A stretch of DNA of 55,842 bases, from assembly GCA_964534375.1 (NCBI GenBank), contig CAZHPN010000013.1, positions 1 through 55,842 of the forward strand, written 5' to 3'. The notes under the pieces were generated by a model. That model was not told where the DNA came from. It saw nothing but the letters and a program-made list of their open reading frames with translations, and did not search any database. The stretch comes from an uncultured bacterium. GTDB taxonomy: Bacteria; Lernaellota; Lernaellaia; Lernaellales; Lernaellaceae. Below, in pieces: positions 1-10,406 of this stretch (positions within the stretch are counted from its first letter, which is position 1; every line of letters begins with the position of its first letter). A program made the position numbers and the translations under genes.

Positions 1-116
1 AGTGGCAACGCTACTGGCGAAAACGACTCCGTCTCGATGAGAACAACGTGTCCCTACACTTCCGCGGAGCGAAAATCGCGTAACCTACAAATCATGGGAC
101 GATACCAACTCGTAAC

Positions 117-156
117 TCGTTCCTCGCGCGCGGCGTTCGCCGCGCGCGAGGAACGA
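117..156. terminator. Perfect 18-bp-stem hairpin just downstream of the acylase stop (terminator or REP-like)
   Basis: tcgttcctcgcgcgcggc-gttc-gccgcgcgcgaggaacga; lies 5 nt beyond the stop of the minus-strand ORF; no clear U-tract. Confidence 0.6.
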
Positions 157-161
157 ACGCC

Positions 162-2354
162 TCATGGCGTGTGCAAATCGAGCGGTTGCGGGGCGTGCGG
201 GTCCGGGTTGGCGAGAATGTCGGCCTGCGTAAACCAGGCGGGTTTGTATTCCTGCTGCACGTACAGCCGCGTGCCGTCGCTGTAGTGCGGGCTGGCCGGG
301 TCGAGGCTTTCGGAGATCGGCCGCGTCGTCCAGGCCTGCGGCGGGTTCGCCAGTTCGACCAACATCATAAATGACGAGCCGGTGTCGCAGTCGATGCGGC
401 CTTGCGCGTCCAGCGTTCCGGCGTCCTGTAGCAAGGTGTCGAGTTCCGGGCCCGAGCCGGGCAGCGGAAACGTCGCGCCGGCGTATTGGAAATAATGGAT
501 GTCGCCCCAGCGCGCCGTAACCGCGCCGTAATCCTGCTGGGCGGCGGTCGCCGCGGCCAGCAGGATCTTCACGGCGTTTTGCTGTTTCGCGGCGGACCAA
601 CCGCTGGCGTCGACCGTTTGGCGCGGGTCGATCGAACCCCACAGCGCGTTCGCGCCGGCGATCCACGCCTGCATGAGAAGGACGGCTTGCGCGTCGAGGC
701 TCGCCGTGCGGTCCCACGCCTGCAAGGCCGCGATCGCGCCGGGCAGCAGGTTTTGCGGATCGGGCACGTCGGCGCGTTGCCGTTCCCAGCAATATACGAG
801 CGCGGGCAGCCACGCGTCGGCGAACATCGAAAACTGGTCGGTCGACAGCGCCTGCAGTTGGTCGACCGTCCAGCCGCCGTGCGCCGCCAACTGGGCGAGC
901 GCCCGCGCGCCGCGGCCGTTGATGCCGAAATCGCCGACGACGTAATTGGGATAATCGCCCTGATGAATGGTTGTGCCCGGGCAAACGAACCACGCGGCCG
1001 TGTTGCAATTCTGGAAGAAGCCGGCGGCGGGGTTCGTTTCCTGCGGCAGTTCGTCGAAGGGCACGAGGTCGCCCCAGGCCGTGGCCGAGGTGTTGCCGGG
1101 CACGGGCCTGGTGAAATCGTAACCGGGGGGCCGGCGGTAGACCGTGCCGTTCCAGACGTAATAGATGTTGCCGTTGACGTCGCCGTAGCCGACGTTCCAG
1201 CGCACGAAGTGGCGCATCTGCACGGCCGCCGTGAACGACGCGAGGTCGCTCGCGCGGTTCATCGCCAGCACCTGGTCGAGCGCGCCGACGTCGTCCCACG
1301 TCGCCATACAGCCGGCCACCACGGCGTCGGCCGCGAAATGCACGAGCGGGCCTTGCACGGCGTAGTAGTAATGCACCGGTTCCGGCGATTGGCCCTGCAC
1401 GGCGATCGTGTCGTCGACGACTTCGAGATCGCGGTAGGCGCCGTCGTATTGATATTGGTTGAGGTTGGCCGGGTTCATGGTCAACAGATACGCGTCGGCG
1501 ACGTCGGGGCTGTTGTTGGTGATCGTCCAGGCGACGCTGCCGTTGTGGCCGAGCCAGACGCCGGGGACGCCGAAGAACGCGGCGCCGGAGACGTTGTAGT
1601 CGCGGCTGACCAGATGGATTTCGTACCACGCGTTCGGCCCGTCCCACGGCACGTGCGGATCGCCCTGTAGCATTGCGGCGCCGCCGGCGGTCTGGCTCGG
1701 CGCCAGCACCCAGAAGTTCGAGCCGTGCGCGCCCGTGACCGGCGCGCCGGCCGGCGGGGCGAGGCCGCCGGCGACCATGTCGGCGCTGAGTTGCTCGACC
1801 GCGCGCGCGAGCACCTGGTATTTCGCCAGCGCCGCCACGTCGGCGGGCGCGATCGGTTCGGCCCACGACGGCGCGTCGGCCGGGTTCTGCGCCATATAAT
1901 AGTTGACGCCGTCGGCGAAGGCCGTCGCCGCTTCCTGCGCCTCGGCGGACAACTGGTCGAAATTCGTCTCGACGAAATCGCGAACGCGCAGCAGGCGGTA
2001 GAAGTAATCGCCGGCGAACGCGCTGGGGCCGTCGATCTCGGCCAGCCGCCCGGCGACCATGCGATACAGCAGCAGCATCGCTTCGAGATGGTCGGACGCA
2101 TGCGCGTATCCGGCGCCGAAAAAGAGCGCCTGATCCGAGCCGCCGAAAATGTGCGGCACGCCGTAGAAGTCGCGGTAGATGCGCACTTCATCCGCGCCGA
2201 GTTGATCGAGAATGTCGCCGGGCGAGGCGTCGTCGTCGGTCGGGCTTGTTCGAACGCCGGCCGGCGTCGACGCATGATGGCAGGCCGCGGCCGAGAGGCA
2301 AATCGAGATCGCCAGAAGCAGAAGCGCAGACCGAGGCAGGTTCGTCTTCGTCAC
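162..2354 (-). CDS. Penicillin acylase / AHL-acylase family Ntn-hydrolase, probable lipoprotein
   Basis: RDxYGVPHI motif; GSN(FW) beta-subunit N-terminal nucleophile; DPH motif; WYEIHL; signal peptide ending LSAAAC. Confidence 0.9.
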   Translation of the reverse strand: MTKTNLPRSALLLLAISICLSAAACHHASTPAGVRTSPTDDDASPGDILDQLGADEVRIYRDFYGVPHIFGGSDQALFFGAGYAHASDHLEAMLLLYRMVAGRLAEIDGPSAFAGDYFYRLLRVRDFVETNFDQLSAEAQEAATAFADGVNYYMAQNPADAPSWAEPIAPADVAALAKYQVLARAVEQLSADMVAGGLAPPAGAPVTGAHGSNFWVLAPSQTAGGAAMLQGDPHVPWDGPNAWYEIHLVSRDYNVSGAAFFGVPGVWLGHNGSVAWTITNNSPDVADAYLLTMNPANLNQYQYDGAYRDLEVVDDTIAVQGQSPEPVHYYYAVQGPLVHFAADAVVAGCMATWDDVGALDQVLAMNRASDLASFTAAVQMRHFVRWNVGYGDVNGNIYYVWNGTVYRRPPGYDFTRPVPGNTSATAWGDLVPFDELPQETNPAAGFFQNCNTAAWFVCPGTTIHQGDYPNYVVGDFGINGRGARALAQLAAHGGWTVDQLQALSTDQFSMFADAWLPALVYCWERQRADVPDPQNLLPGAIAALQAWDRTASLDAQAVLLMQAWIAGANALWGSIDPRQTVDASGWSAAKQQNAVKILLAAATAAQQDYGAVTARWGDIHYFQYAGATFPLPGSGPELDTLLQDAGTLDAQGRIDCDTGSSFMMLVELANPPQAWTTRPISESLDPASPHYSDGTRLYVQQEYKPAWFTQADILANPDPHAPQPLDLHTP

Positions 2355-2399
2355 GCCGCTATCGTAGCCTAATCGGCGCGGCGGTGGAATTGGCGCGGA

Positions 2400-4115
2400 T
2401 CAAATTTCGCGCTCTTCCAGCGCCTGCACTCCCCAGAGCAACGGCAGCACGGTGGCGCCGGCGAAGAGCGTCAGGCCGATCGCGGCGGCAACGGCGGCGG
2501 TCGCGACCTGGCTCTGGGTCAGCGCTTGATGCGCCAGCGTCGCGCGCATGATGTCGCGGCCGGGGACGTAGGCGAGCGCGACCTCGACCATGATCAGGGT
2601 CATCGCCGTCACCATGAACACGATGGAACTCGCGCCGGTGGCCATCCGCGCGACGTTGCGTTCGTTGAACGCCGGCATGATCGCGCCGACGCCGACGGCG
2701 AGCCCGGTGATCGCCACGGAGACGAAGAGCATCAGCGACGCCGAGAAGATCATCAGAAAGGCGCTCGTGCGCAAGAAGTAATTGCTGACCACCACCAACG
2801 CCTGGCCGACGAGCACGATCGGCACGACGTACAGGCCGAACTTCGCCAGCAGCAGATCGCGCATGGGAACCGGCGCGGCGCGCAGGATCCAAAACGCGCG
2901 GCCCTCGGTGGACACCGCGGGCAGCACAAACCGCACGCAGACCGCGGAGAGGACGAACCCCGCCAGCACCATGTTCACGAAGGCGATGATTCCGCGCTGG
3001 TAGACCGTCAGGCCGAAGCGCTCCAACGGCAGCACTTTGAAGTTGAACAGGTACACGACGCAGAGCGCCAGCAGAAGGAGCAATTGCGTCCATTGCGTCG
3101 TCTCGCGGAAAAAGGCCTTGAGGTCTTTGACCATGATCATCCGCCGCAGCGGCTTGAAGCTGAGCGCCAGCGCCTCGAAAACGCGGCCGGCGCCGATCCC
3201 GGTCGTCAGGCGCGCCTGCCGCCCTTCCTGCGCTTTGCTGAACGCGTCGAGATACCAGCGTTCGGCAGCCCACGCGGCGACGGCCAGGCCCGCCAAACCC
3301 GAGAACAAGCCGTAGGCCGTCATCAGCAAGACGTTGCGGTCGAGCTTGCCCATCAAGCCGCCCCACAGCGCTTCGGTGGCCCACACCGACGGCAGCAGCG
3401 GCGAATCGGGCGCGCGCAGCGTCGCGAAATACTCGGCGAAACCGTGAAAGAGGTCGGGGTTGAAGAGTTGTTCGGGCCGCAGGAACCGCACGAGGAAATA
3501 CGCCGCGACCACCAGGCCGATGGAGAGAATGACCATCACGTCCTGCGTTTTGCGCGCGGGAAACGCCTTGACCAGCAGCGTCGTCGCCAGCGCCCCGAGC
3601 GCCGCGGGCAGGATCACGAAGATGATCATCACCAGCGCCGCCCAGGGGTAGAACCACATCGGGCTGTCGAAGACGAAGCCGGCCGCCAGCCAGAGCGGCA
3701 GCGCGAAGAGCATCACCATCCAACCCGACTGCAAACCGGCGTGCAGCGTGCGGGTCAGGAACAGGCGATCGATTGCGATCGGCGCGCTGACCAGCAAGTG
3801 CAGGTCGTCGGCCAGGTAGAGGTTGCTCAGGCTGGCGACGATGTTGGAAAAGGTCAGCACGGCGAAGAAGATCATGAACAGGAAGCCGAGCAGCTTGCGG
3901 ACCAGCAGCGAGCCGAACGGCTCTTCGGCGGCCAGCCGGCCGAACAGCAACACGCCGGCGGCGAGCAGGCCGATCCAGAAGAGAAGCGTCAACGCGCCGA
4001 AGAAGTAAAACTTGAAGCGCTCGAGCCGCGTGCCGCGATAAAACGTGTTGTGCAGCGTTTGCCGCAACGGCAAGAACAGGTGTTCGTAACTCGGCTGGAC
4101 GGGTTCGTCGGCCAT
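2400..4115 (-). CDS. Putative ABC-2-type exporter permease (about 12-14 TM)
   Basis: Polytopic hydrophobic 571 aa protein with motifs DDLxLLxSAP, KDLKxFFR and RFxxPAVSxEG typical of this permease family. Confidence 0.75.
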   Translation of the reverse strand: MADEPVQPSYEHLFLPLRQTLHNTFYRGTRLERFKFYFFGALTLLFWIGLLAAGVLLFGRLAAEEPFGSLLVRKLLGFLFMIFFAVLTFSNIVASLSNLYLADDLHLLVSAPIAIDRLFLTRTLHAGLQSGWMVMLFALPLWLAAGFVFDSPMWFYPWAALVMIIFVILPAALGALATTLLVKAFPARKTQDVMVILSIGLVVAAYFLVRFLRPEQLFNPDLFHGFAEYFATLRAPDSPLLPSVWATEALWGGLMGKLDRNVLLMTAYGLFSGLAGLAVAAWAAERWYLDAFSKAQEGRQARLTTGIGAGRVFEALALSFKPLRRMIMVKDLKAFFRETTQWTQLLLLLALCVVYLFNFKVLPLERFGLTVYQRGIIAFVNMVLAGFVLSAVCVRFVLPAVSTEGRAFWILRAAPVPMRDLLLAKFGLYVVPIVLVGQALVVVSNYFLRTSAFLMIFSASLMLFVSVAITGLAVGVGAIMPAFNERNVARMATGASSIVFMVTAMTLIMVEVALAYVPGRDIMRATLAHQALTQSQVATAAVAAAIGLTLFAGATVLPLLWGVQALEEREI

Positions 4116-4116
4116 C

Positions 4117-5256
4117 TCACTCGCTTCCCCCGGCGGGATTGGCGGCCGGGGCCGGCGACGCCTCCGCGGGCGGCGCGGCGGGCGGCTTCTCGGCCGCCTC
4201 GCGGTCGGCCTCGCGCTGGCGAATCACGTAGCGAATATAAGTCTTCAGGACCCGATTGCGTTCGACTTCGCCGGTGAGCTTCTTGAGGTCTTCGTAAATG
4301 GTCGGATCGACGATCAGGCCGCCGATCGTCCCTTCGCCCTGCTCGATGCGTTTGGAAATTTCCGCGAGGTTGGCGGCGGTTTTGCGCAGGTCTTCGAGCA
4401 TCTGATATTTTTCCGGATCGTAGATCAGCCCGTGGATCACGCCCTTTTCCTGCTTGATGTCGACGATCGTCTGCCGCAGGGCGTCGCTGGTCGCGGCGAC
4501 GTTGTCCATCAGCTTCTTGACCTGCTCGCCGTAAATCACCTCGTGGATATTGCCGGGGCCTTTTTCGACGGTGGCGACGATGCCGCTGATGCGGTGCACG
4601 GTCGCCTGCAGGTCGGTGAGGATTTGCGTTTTCGTCGGTTCGTAAATCAAGTCGTGCAGCACGCCTTTGCCCGTCTCGACCTCGCCCACGATATTGCGGA
4701 CGCTGGTGACCGTGCGCGACAAATCCGTTTCCGTGCCGGGTTCGCCGGCCATCGAGGCGAACAGCCGTTTCAGGTAGGCCGCGGCGTCGCCGGCGGAGTC
4801 CATGATCTTGTTCGCCTTGTCCAGCGCCTCCGACATCGACGACGGTTCGACGCTCGCCAGCGTGAAGCCGTCGGTCACGAGGCCGGCGTCGGCCGTGCCC
4901 GGGGAGAGGTCGAGAAATTTCTTGCCGAGCAAGCCGAGCGACGAAATGCCGGCCACGCCGTCTTTGTTGACGCGGTCCATCGCGCGGTCGTCCACGGTGA
5001 AATCGACCCACACCGTCGCCTCGCCCTTGACCGGCGAGAAGCGGATGCGCGTGACGTAGCCGACCGCCACGCCGGCCAGCCGCACTTCCGAGCCGTTGAT
5101 CAAGCCGGCGATGTCTTTGAATTTGGCGTGCAACGTGATCGTGTGGCGGAAAAAGCCGGTTTTGCTGGTCAGCACGATGATGGCGGTCAGGAACACCGCC
5201 AGCACCACCAGGGCGAAAAACCCGACCTTGATTTCGCTCGATCGCTTCAGCGGCAT
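4117..5256 (-). CDS. mlaD: MCE/MlaD family protein with long helical extension
   Basis: N-terminal TM; GLxxGSEVRLAGVxVG; GLLGxKFxxLxPG MCE motifs. Confidence 0.88.
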   Translation of the reverse strand: MPLKRSSEIKVGFFALVVLAVFLTAIIVLTSKTGFFRHTITLHAKFKDIAGLINGSEVRLAGVAVGYVTRIRFSPVKGEATVWVDFTVDDRAMDRVNKDGVAGISSLGLLGKKFLDLSPGTADAGLVTDGFTLASVEPSSMSEALDKANKIMDSAGDAAAYLKRLFASMAGEPGTETDLSRTVTSVRNIVGEVETGKGVLHDLIYEPTKTQILTDLQATVHRISGIVATVEKGPGNIHEVIYGEQVKKLMDNVAATSDALRQTIVDIKQEKGVIHGLIYDPEKYQMLEDLRKTAANLAEISKRIEQGEGTIGGLIVDPTIYEDLKKLTGEVERNRVLKTYIRYVIRQREADREAAEKPPAAPPAEASPAPAANPAGGSE

Positions 5257-5265
5257 GTCCGCCTC

Positions 5266-6018
5266 CTACAACGCAAGGTTGCCCTCGATGAAGTCGCGGA
5301 GCAGCGAGCCGGCCGGCTCGTTGCCGACGTCCGCCTTCGAGACGACTTTATGGATGCGCTTTTCGTACACCATCGCGATGCGGTCGGCGACGAGCATCGC
5401 GCTGGTCATGTCGTGGGTGACGACCAGGCTCGTGACGCGCAGTTCGCGCTGCATTTTCAGGATCAGCTCGCTGATGCGCCGCGTGTTCGACGGGTCAAGC
5501 CCCGTGGTCGGCTCGTCCCACAGGATGACGTGCGGCTCCAGCGCGATCGCCCGCGCGAGGCCGATGCGTTTGCGCATGCCGCCCGACAACTCGGCGGGCA
5601 TCAAGTCGGCGGCGTCCGGCAGCCCGACGCGTTCGAGGTTGAGGCGCACCTTGGCGTCGATTTCCTGCTCGGTCAGCTTGAGGTGCGCGCGCAGCGGATA
5701 GGCGATGTTCTCGTGCACGGTCATCGAATCGAAGAGCGCCGCCTGCTGGAACACGTAAGCGATTTCGGCGCGGACCTGCACCATTTCCGTTTCGTCGAGC
5801 GCCGTCACCTCGCGACCCTCGTAGACGATGCGCCCGTCGTCGGGCTCCATCAGCCGAATCAGGCATTTCAGCAGGACCGACTTGCCGGTGCCGGAGCCGC
5901 CGACGATCACCAGGTTTTCGCCCTCGCGCACGTCGAGCGTCAGGTCTTCGAACACGGTCTTCCGCCCGAAGCTTTTTTTCACGCCCTCGAATCGAATGAT
6001 GAATTCCCGTTCGCTCAT
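5266..6018 (-). CDS. mlaF: Mla/Mce ABC transporter ATP-binding subunit
   Basis: Walker A GGSGTGKS, signature LSGGMRKR, Walker B ILWDEP, VTHD; start reset to MSEREF (ATG 6018). Confidence 0.92.
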   Translation of the reverse strand: MSEREFIIRFEGVKKSFGRKTVFEDLTLDVREGENLVIVGGSGTGKSVLLKCLIRLMEPDDGRIVYEGREVTALDETEMVQVRAEIAYVFQQAALFDSMTVHENIAYPLRAHLKLTEQEIDAKVRLNLERVGLPDAADLMPAELSGGMRKRIGLARAIALEPHVILWDEPTTGLDPSNTRRISELILKMQRELRVTSLVVTHDMTSAMLVADRIAMVYEKRIHKVVSKADVGNEPAGSLLRDFIEGNLAL

Positions 6019-6026
6019 TCGCGCCT

Positions 6027-6818
6027 CTAGCCGAAAACCAGGAGAATCCGGGTCAAAAAGAAATCCGCGAGAAAGATGAAAATCAGGCCGCTGACGACCG
6101 TCTTGGTCGTCGCGTTGCCGACGCCCTCGGTGCCGCCGAACGTGCGCATGCCGTTGTGGCAGGCGATGAGCACGATGCCGATCGCGAAGACGTACGTCTT
6201 GGCGAGGCCCGTCAGCAGGTCGCCCAGCGCTACGCCGTCGATCGTGTCGCTCAGGTACGACCGCGGGCTCTGGCCGACGAACGTGACGCCGATCACCGCC
6301 CCGCCGAGAATGCCGACCACGTCCGCGAGCATCGCCAGCGACGGCAGCGCGAAGAGCATCGCCCACATCCGGGGCACGACCAGTTTCTTGATCGGGTCGG
6401 AACCCAGCGCGCGGATCGCATCGATCTGTTCGGTGACGGCCATCGACCCGAGTTCCGCGGCGATGCCCGAGCCGACCCGGCTGCCGACGACGACGCAGCA
6501 CAGCACCGGCCCGAGTTCGCGCAAGATGGCGATGCCGGTCACGACCGAGACGTATTCCTTGCCGCCGAAGCGATCGAGGCCCGTGGCGAATTGCAGCGCG
6601 AACACCGCGCCGGTGAAGAACGAGGTCATCATGCCGATCGCCAGCGAGTCGACGCCGAGCAATTGAATTTGGCGAAATGTCTCGTGCAATTCCAGCGGCC
6701 GCGTGAAGCTGCGGCGAAAGGTCTTCCAACCGAGGCTGATCAACGAACCGAAGTTTTCCAAAAATTCGGCCAGTTTTTCGCCGGTCTCGGCCAACACGTC
6801 GTCGAAACGCACGGTCAC
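6027..6818 (-). CDS. mlaE: Mla/Mce ABC transporter permease
   Basis: RELGPV, GSGIAAELGSMxVTEQIDA and GVGNATT motifs; GTG start overlaps upstream TGA. Confidence 0.92.
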   Translation of the reverse strand: MTVRFDDVLAETGEKLAEFLENFGSLISLGWKTFRRSFTRPLELHETFRQIQLLGVDSLAIGMMTSFFTGAVFALQFATGLDRFGGKEYVSVVTGIAILRELGPVLCCVVVGSRVGSGIAAELGSMAVTEQIDAIRALGSDPIKKLVVPRMWAMLFALPSLAMLADVVGILGGAVIGVTFVGQSPRSYLSDTIDGVALGDLLTGLAKTYVFAIGIVLIACHNGMRTFGGTEGVGNATTKTVVSGLIFIFLADFFLTRILLVFG

Positions 6819-7384
6819 TCCCCGGGCTCGGCGGATCGCTGCTGGTGGAACGCGTCGACGAATTTCTTGAAATCCGCCAGGCACGCGTCGAACTGCGCGG
6901 GATCGGCGACGTAGACTAGGTCGTAAACCCACGAATCGATGCGCACGACCACGATGGCCAGCCGGATTTCCGCGCCGTCGAGGCGGCCGTCGACGACCGT
7001 CCACAACGCCTCGCGATCATCGACCTCGAAGAAATTGTTTTCCAGGATTTTGCGGTCGGTCATGTCGAACAGCAGGTGGTTGCGCAGCGCCGTCAGATTC
7101 GCCTGGCGGTTCGGCGCATAGAGCACGTTGACCATGATGATCTGATTGTGCAGCGTGTTGTGAAAGGCGACCTTGGCGCCGCCGCGGTGCAGGACTTGCC
7201 AGCCGACCGGCAGCGGGCCCGTGAAAAACCGCGCCCCTTCCGCCGTTTTTTCCATCGCCTCGACGCCGTCCGGCGCCGCGGGGTTTTCCGGGTTCGCGTT
7301 CGGGGCCGGGGACCGGGCGCAACCCGCCAAGCCCAGTCCGAGCCCGAGCCACAAACAAACCAGCCAGCGCACCCACGCCCGCAT
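6815..7384 (-). CDS. Hypothetical lipoprotein leading the mla operon
   Basis: GGAGG RBS before ATG 7384; lipobox LAGC; stop overlaps mlaE start. Confidence 0.75.
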   Translation of the reverse strand: MRAWVRWLVCLWLGLGLGLAGCARSPAPNANPENPAAPDGVEAMEKTAEGARFFTGPLPVGWQVLHRGGAKVAFHNTLHNQIIMVNVLYAPNRQANLTALRNHLLFDMTDRKILENNFFEVDDREALWTVVDGRLDGAEIRLAIVVVRIDSWVYDLVYVADPAQFDACLADFKKFVDAFHQQRSAEPGE

Positions 7385-7638
7385 CTCGTTCCTCCACCGC
7401 TCGGGAGACCCAGATTTTTCCATCGATCTTGTGCGGCGATCATAACCAAGGCGCGGGATAACTGCAATATTCGATAGTTGCTGCGGCGATTGCCATGGCC
7501 GGCGTCGTGCGGGCCGCTGCCGCACAATTGCCGCATGGATTCAAGGATTTATTGCGAGGAATCTTGCCCGCCGCCGAAAAAACGTTTATAAACCCGCCGT
7601 ACGACCAATTTCCAACGAAACAAGAAGGGGGAAGCGCG

Positions 7639-8547
7639 ATGGGAGACATTCGTTTCGACGGCAAAGTAGCGGTAATCACCGGGGCCGGCCGCGGGCTGGG
7701 GCGCTCGCACGCGTTGCTGCTGGCGTCGCGCGGCGCGAAGGTCGTGATCAACGACCTGGGCGGCGCGTGGACCGGCGACGGCGCGGGTTCCGCGACGCCG
7801 GCCGACGAAGTGGTGAACGCGATCAAGGCCGCGGGCGGCGAGGCGATCGCGAACTACGACTCGGTGCTCGAAGGCGAGAAAATCATTAAAGCGGCGGTCG
7901 ACGCCTTCGGCCGCATCGACATCGTCATCAACAACGCCGGCATTTTGCGCGACGTGTCGTTCCACAAGATGACCGACGAAGACTGGAAAAAGGTGCTCGA
8001 AGTGCACCTCTTCGGCAGTTGGTCGGTGACCAAGGCGGCGTGGCCGCGCCTGCGCGATCAGGGCTACGGGCGCGTGGTGATGACCACGTCCGCGGCGGGC
8101 CTCTACGGCAATTTCGGCCAGGCGAATTACAGCGCGGCGAAGATGGGCATCGTGGGCCTCGGCTTCACGCTGGCGCACGAGGGCGAGAAGAAGAACGTCA
8201 AGGTGAACATCATCGCGCCGATCGCCGGCAGCCGCATGACCGAAACCGTGATGCCGAAAGACATGTGCGACAAGCTGAAGCCGGAATACGTTTCGCCGCT
8301 GGTCGCCTATCTGTGCAGCGAAGGGTGCCAGGTCAACGGCGGCGTGTTCGAGGTCGGCGCCGGCGTGGTGTCGCGCGTCCGCTGGCTGCGCAGCAAGGGC
8401 GTGGCGATTCCGTTGACCGAAGGCGTCAGCATCGAAAATATCGTCGAGCAGTGGGACAAGATCAACGACATGGCCGGCGGCCAGATGGTCGGCACCCTGC
8501 ACGAATCGACGATGATGACGATGCAGAATTTGTCGACGGCGAAATAA
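7639..8547 (+). CDS. SDR oxidoreductase, peroxisomal-MFE2-like 3-hydroxyacyl-CoA dehydrogenase
   Basis: TGAGRGLG, VINDLG, NNAGILRD, GNFGQANYSAAK; RBS AAGGGGG before ATG 7639. Confidence 0.92.
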   Translation: MGDIRFDGKVAVITGAGRGLGRSHALLLASRGAKVVINDLGGAWTGDGAGSATPADEVVNAIKAAGGEAIANYDSVLEGEKIIKAAVDAFGRIDIVINNAGILRDVSFHKMTDEDWKKVLEVHLFGSWSVTKAAWPRLRDQGYGRVVMTTSAAGLYGNFGQANYSAAKMGIVGLGFTLAHEGEKKNVKVNIIAPIAGSRMTETVMPKDMCDKLKPEYVSPLVAYLCSEGCQVNGGVFEVGAGVVSRVRWLRSKGVAIPLTEGVSIENIVEQWDKINDMAGGQMVGTLHESTMMTMQNLSTAK

Positions 8548-8568
8548 TCGCGTTCCCTATCAACTCAT

Positions 8569-8593
8569 CGGGGCGAACCTTGCGTTCGCCCCG
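8569..8593. terminator. Hairpin between convergent genes (bidirectional terminator or REP-like)
   Basis: cggggcgaac-cttgc-gttcgccccg, perfect 10-bp stem. Confidence 0.6.
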
Positions 8594-8618
8594 TGTAATT
8601 TAATGCCGGCAACAATGT

Positions 8619-10193
8619 TTACTTCATCCGCGGCGCGGCGGCTTTGATCTCGCTCGATGCGTAGCTTTCATAGGGCTGGAAATTGCCTTGGAACAACTTC
8701 ACGAGCTTGGCCGCCTGCTCGTCGTAGGCGCGTTTGTCGTTCCACGTCGCGCGCGCGTCGAGCACCTCGGGCGGCACGTCGGGGCACGAGGCCGGCACCA
8801 GAATCTGGAAGTACGGGTCCGGCGCCATCGGCACGCCGTCGAGCGCGCCGGAGAGCGCGGCCTCGACCATCGCGCGCGTGTGCGCAATGGAAATACGGTG
8901 GCCGACGCCATAGGGGCCGCCGGTCCAACCCGTGTTGATCAGCCAGCAGTTGACGTTGTGTTGCGCGATTTTCTCGCCCAGCAAGTCGGCATAAACGGTC
9001 GGGTGCAGCGCCATGAACGGCGCGCCGAAGCAGGCCGAGAACGTCGCCTGCGGCTCGACGACGCCGCGTTCCGTGCCCGCGACTTTCGCGGTGTAGCCGG
9101 AGATGAAGTGGTGCATCGCCTGCGCCGCCGTCATCTTGGCGATCGGCGGCATCACGCCGAAGGCGTCGGCGGTGAGCATGACGATATTTTTCGGGTGATC
9201 GCCCCGGCCCGACGGCACGTGGTTCGGAATCTGGCTCAGCGTGTACGCGGCGCGGGTGTTGACCGCCAGCGTGGCGTCGTCGAGGTCGAGCGCCCGGGTC
9301 TCGGGGTCGATCGCGACGTTTTCGAGAATCGTGCCGAAGCGGTGCGTCGCGTCCCAGATCATCGGCTCGGCGGTCGGCGAGAGGTTGATGACCTTCGCAT
9401 AACAGCCGCCCTCGAAATTGAAGACGCCGGTCGGGCTCCAGCCGTGCTCGTCGTCGCCGATCAGCGAACGGCGCGGGTCGGCGCTGAGCGAGGTCTTGCC
9501 GGTGCCGGACAGGCCGAAAAAGAGGGCCACGTCGTTCTTGGGCCCGATGTTCGCCGAGCAGTGCATGCCCAGAATGCCGCGTTGCGGCATCAGGTAATTC
9601 ATCACCGTGAACAGCGACTTCTTGATTTCGCCGGCGTACGACGTGCCGCCGATGATGATCTTGCGTTCGGTGAAGTTGGCGATAATGAAGGCCTCGGAGG
9701 TGGTGCCGTCGAGCTCGGGGGTCGCCTGGAAATTCGGCGCGTGCAGCACCGTGAATTCCGGCTGGAACGCGGCCAGCTTCGCCGCGTCGGTCTCGGGGAT
9801 GAACAGCGTCCGCGCGAACAGGCTGTGCCAGGCGTGCTCGGCGACGACGCGCACCGGCAGGCGATACTGCGGATCGGCGCCGACGTAGCAATCCTGCACG
9901 AAAACCTCGCGGCCCTGGAAGTAGGCGCGCAGCCGCGCTTCGAGCCGGCGGAAGTCGTCGGGGCCGAAGGGTTTGTTGTTCGCCGTCCACCAGACGGTGT
10001 CGCAGCAGTTGGCGTCCTGCACGGTGAACTTGTCTTTCGGCGAGCGGCCGGTGTACTGCCCGGTGCGCACAACGAGCGACCCGGTGCGGCTGGTCAGGCC
10101 CTCGCGGCGGCGAATGACCTCTTCGTAGAGCGCGGCCACGCCCAGTTGGTGGTGGATGGGGCCGACGTGTTGCAATCCGGCGAGATCCAGCAT
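8619..10193 (-). CDS. pckA: Phosphoenolpyruvate carboxykinase (ATP)
   Basis: TGRSPKDK, YAGEIKKS, MHCSAN, FFGLSGTGKT, LIGDDEHGW, NFEGGCYAK; start placed at MLDLAG. Confidence 0.96.
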   Translation of the reverse strand: MLDLAGLQHVGPIHHQLGVAALYEEVIRRREGLTSRTGSLVVRTGQYTGRSPKDKFTVQDANCCDTVWWTANNKPFGPDDFRRLEARLRAYFQGREVFVQDCYVGADPQYRLPVRVVAEHAWHSLFARTLFIPETDAAKLAAFQPEFTVLHAPNFQATPELDGTTSEAFIIANFTERKIIIGGTSYAGEIKKSLFTVMNYLMPQRGILGMHCSANIGPKNDVALFFGLSGTGKTSLSADPRRSLIGDDEHGWSPTGVFNFEGGCYAKVINLSPTAEPMIWDATHRFGTILENVAIDPETRALDLDDATLAVNTRAAYTLSQIPNHVPSGRGDHPKNIVMLTADAFGVMPPIAKMTAAQAMHHFISGYTAKVAGTERGVVEPQATFSACFGAPFMALHPTVYADLLGEKIAQHNVNCWLINTGWTGGPYGVGHRISIAHTRAMVEAALSGALDGVPMAPDPYFQILVPASCPDVPPEVLDARATWNDKRAYDEQAAKLVKLFQGNFQPYESYASSEIKAAAPRMK

Positions 10194-10353
10194 GCGTGCG
10201 TCCTCACTTTTTTCGGGGCGGAAAACCGCGTTCGATTCTTGATACATGGTTGCCGCGGGGTCTGTCAACGATGAAAAGAAGGCCGGCGAAAATAGGCGGC
10301 CGACGCCCCCCGCCCGGGCCCCGCCGGGCGGCCGGCGCCGGCGGAATTCACGT

Positions 10354-10381
10354 TTGACCGGCCTCGACAGCGTGCTATTAT
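10354..10381 (+). promoter_or_regulatory. Putative sigma70 promoter for hicBA
   Basis: TTGACC-N16-TATTAT with TGn extended -10. Confidence 0.45.
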
Positions 10382-10406
10382 TTGCTGTGGAAAGATGAGG
10401 CAAGAA

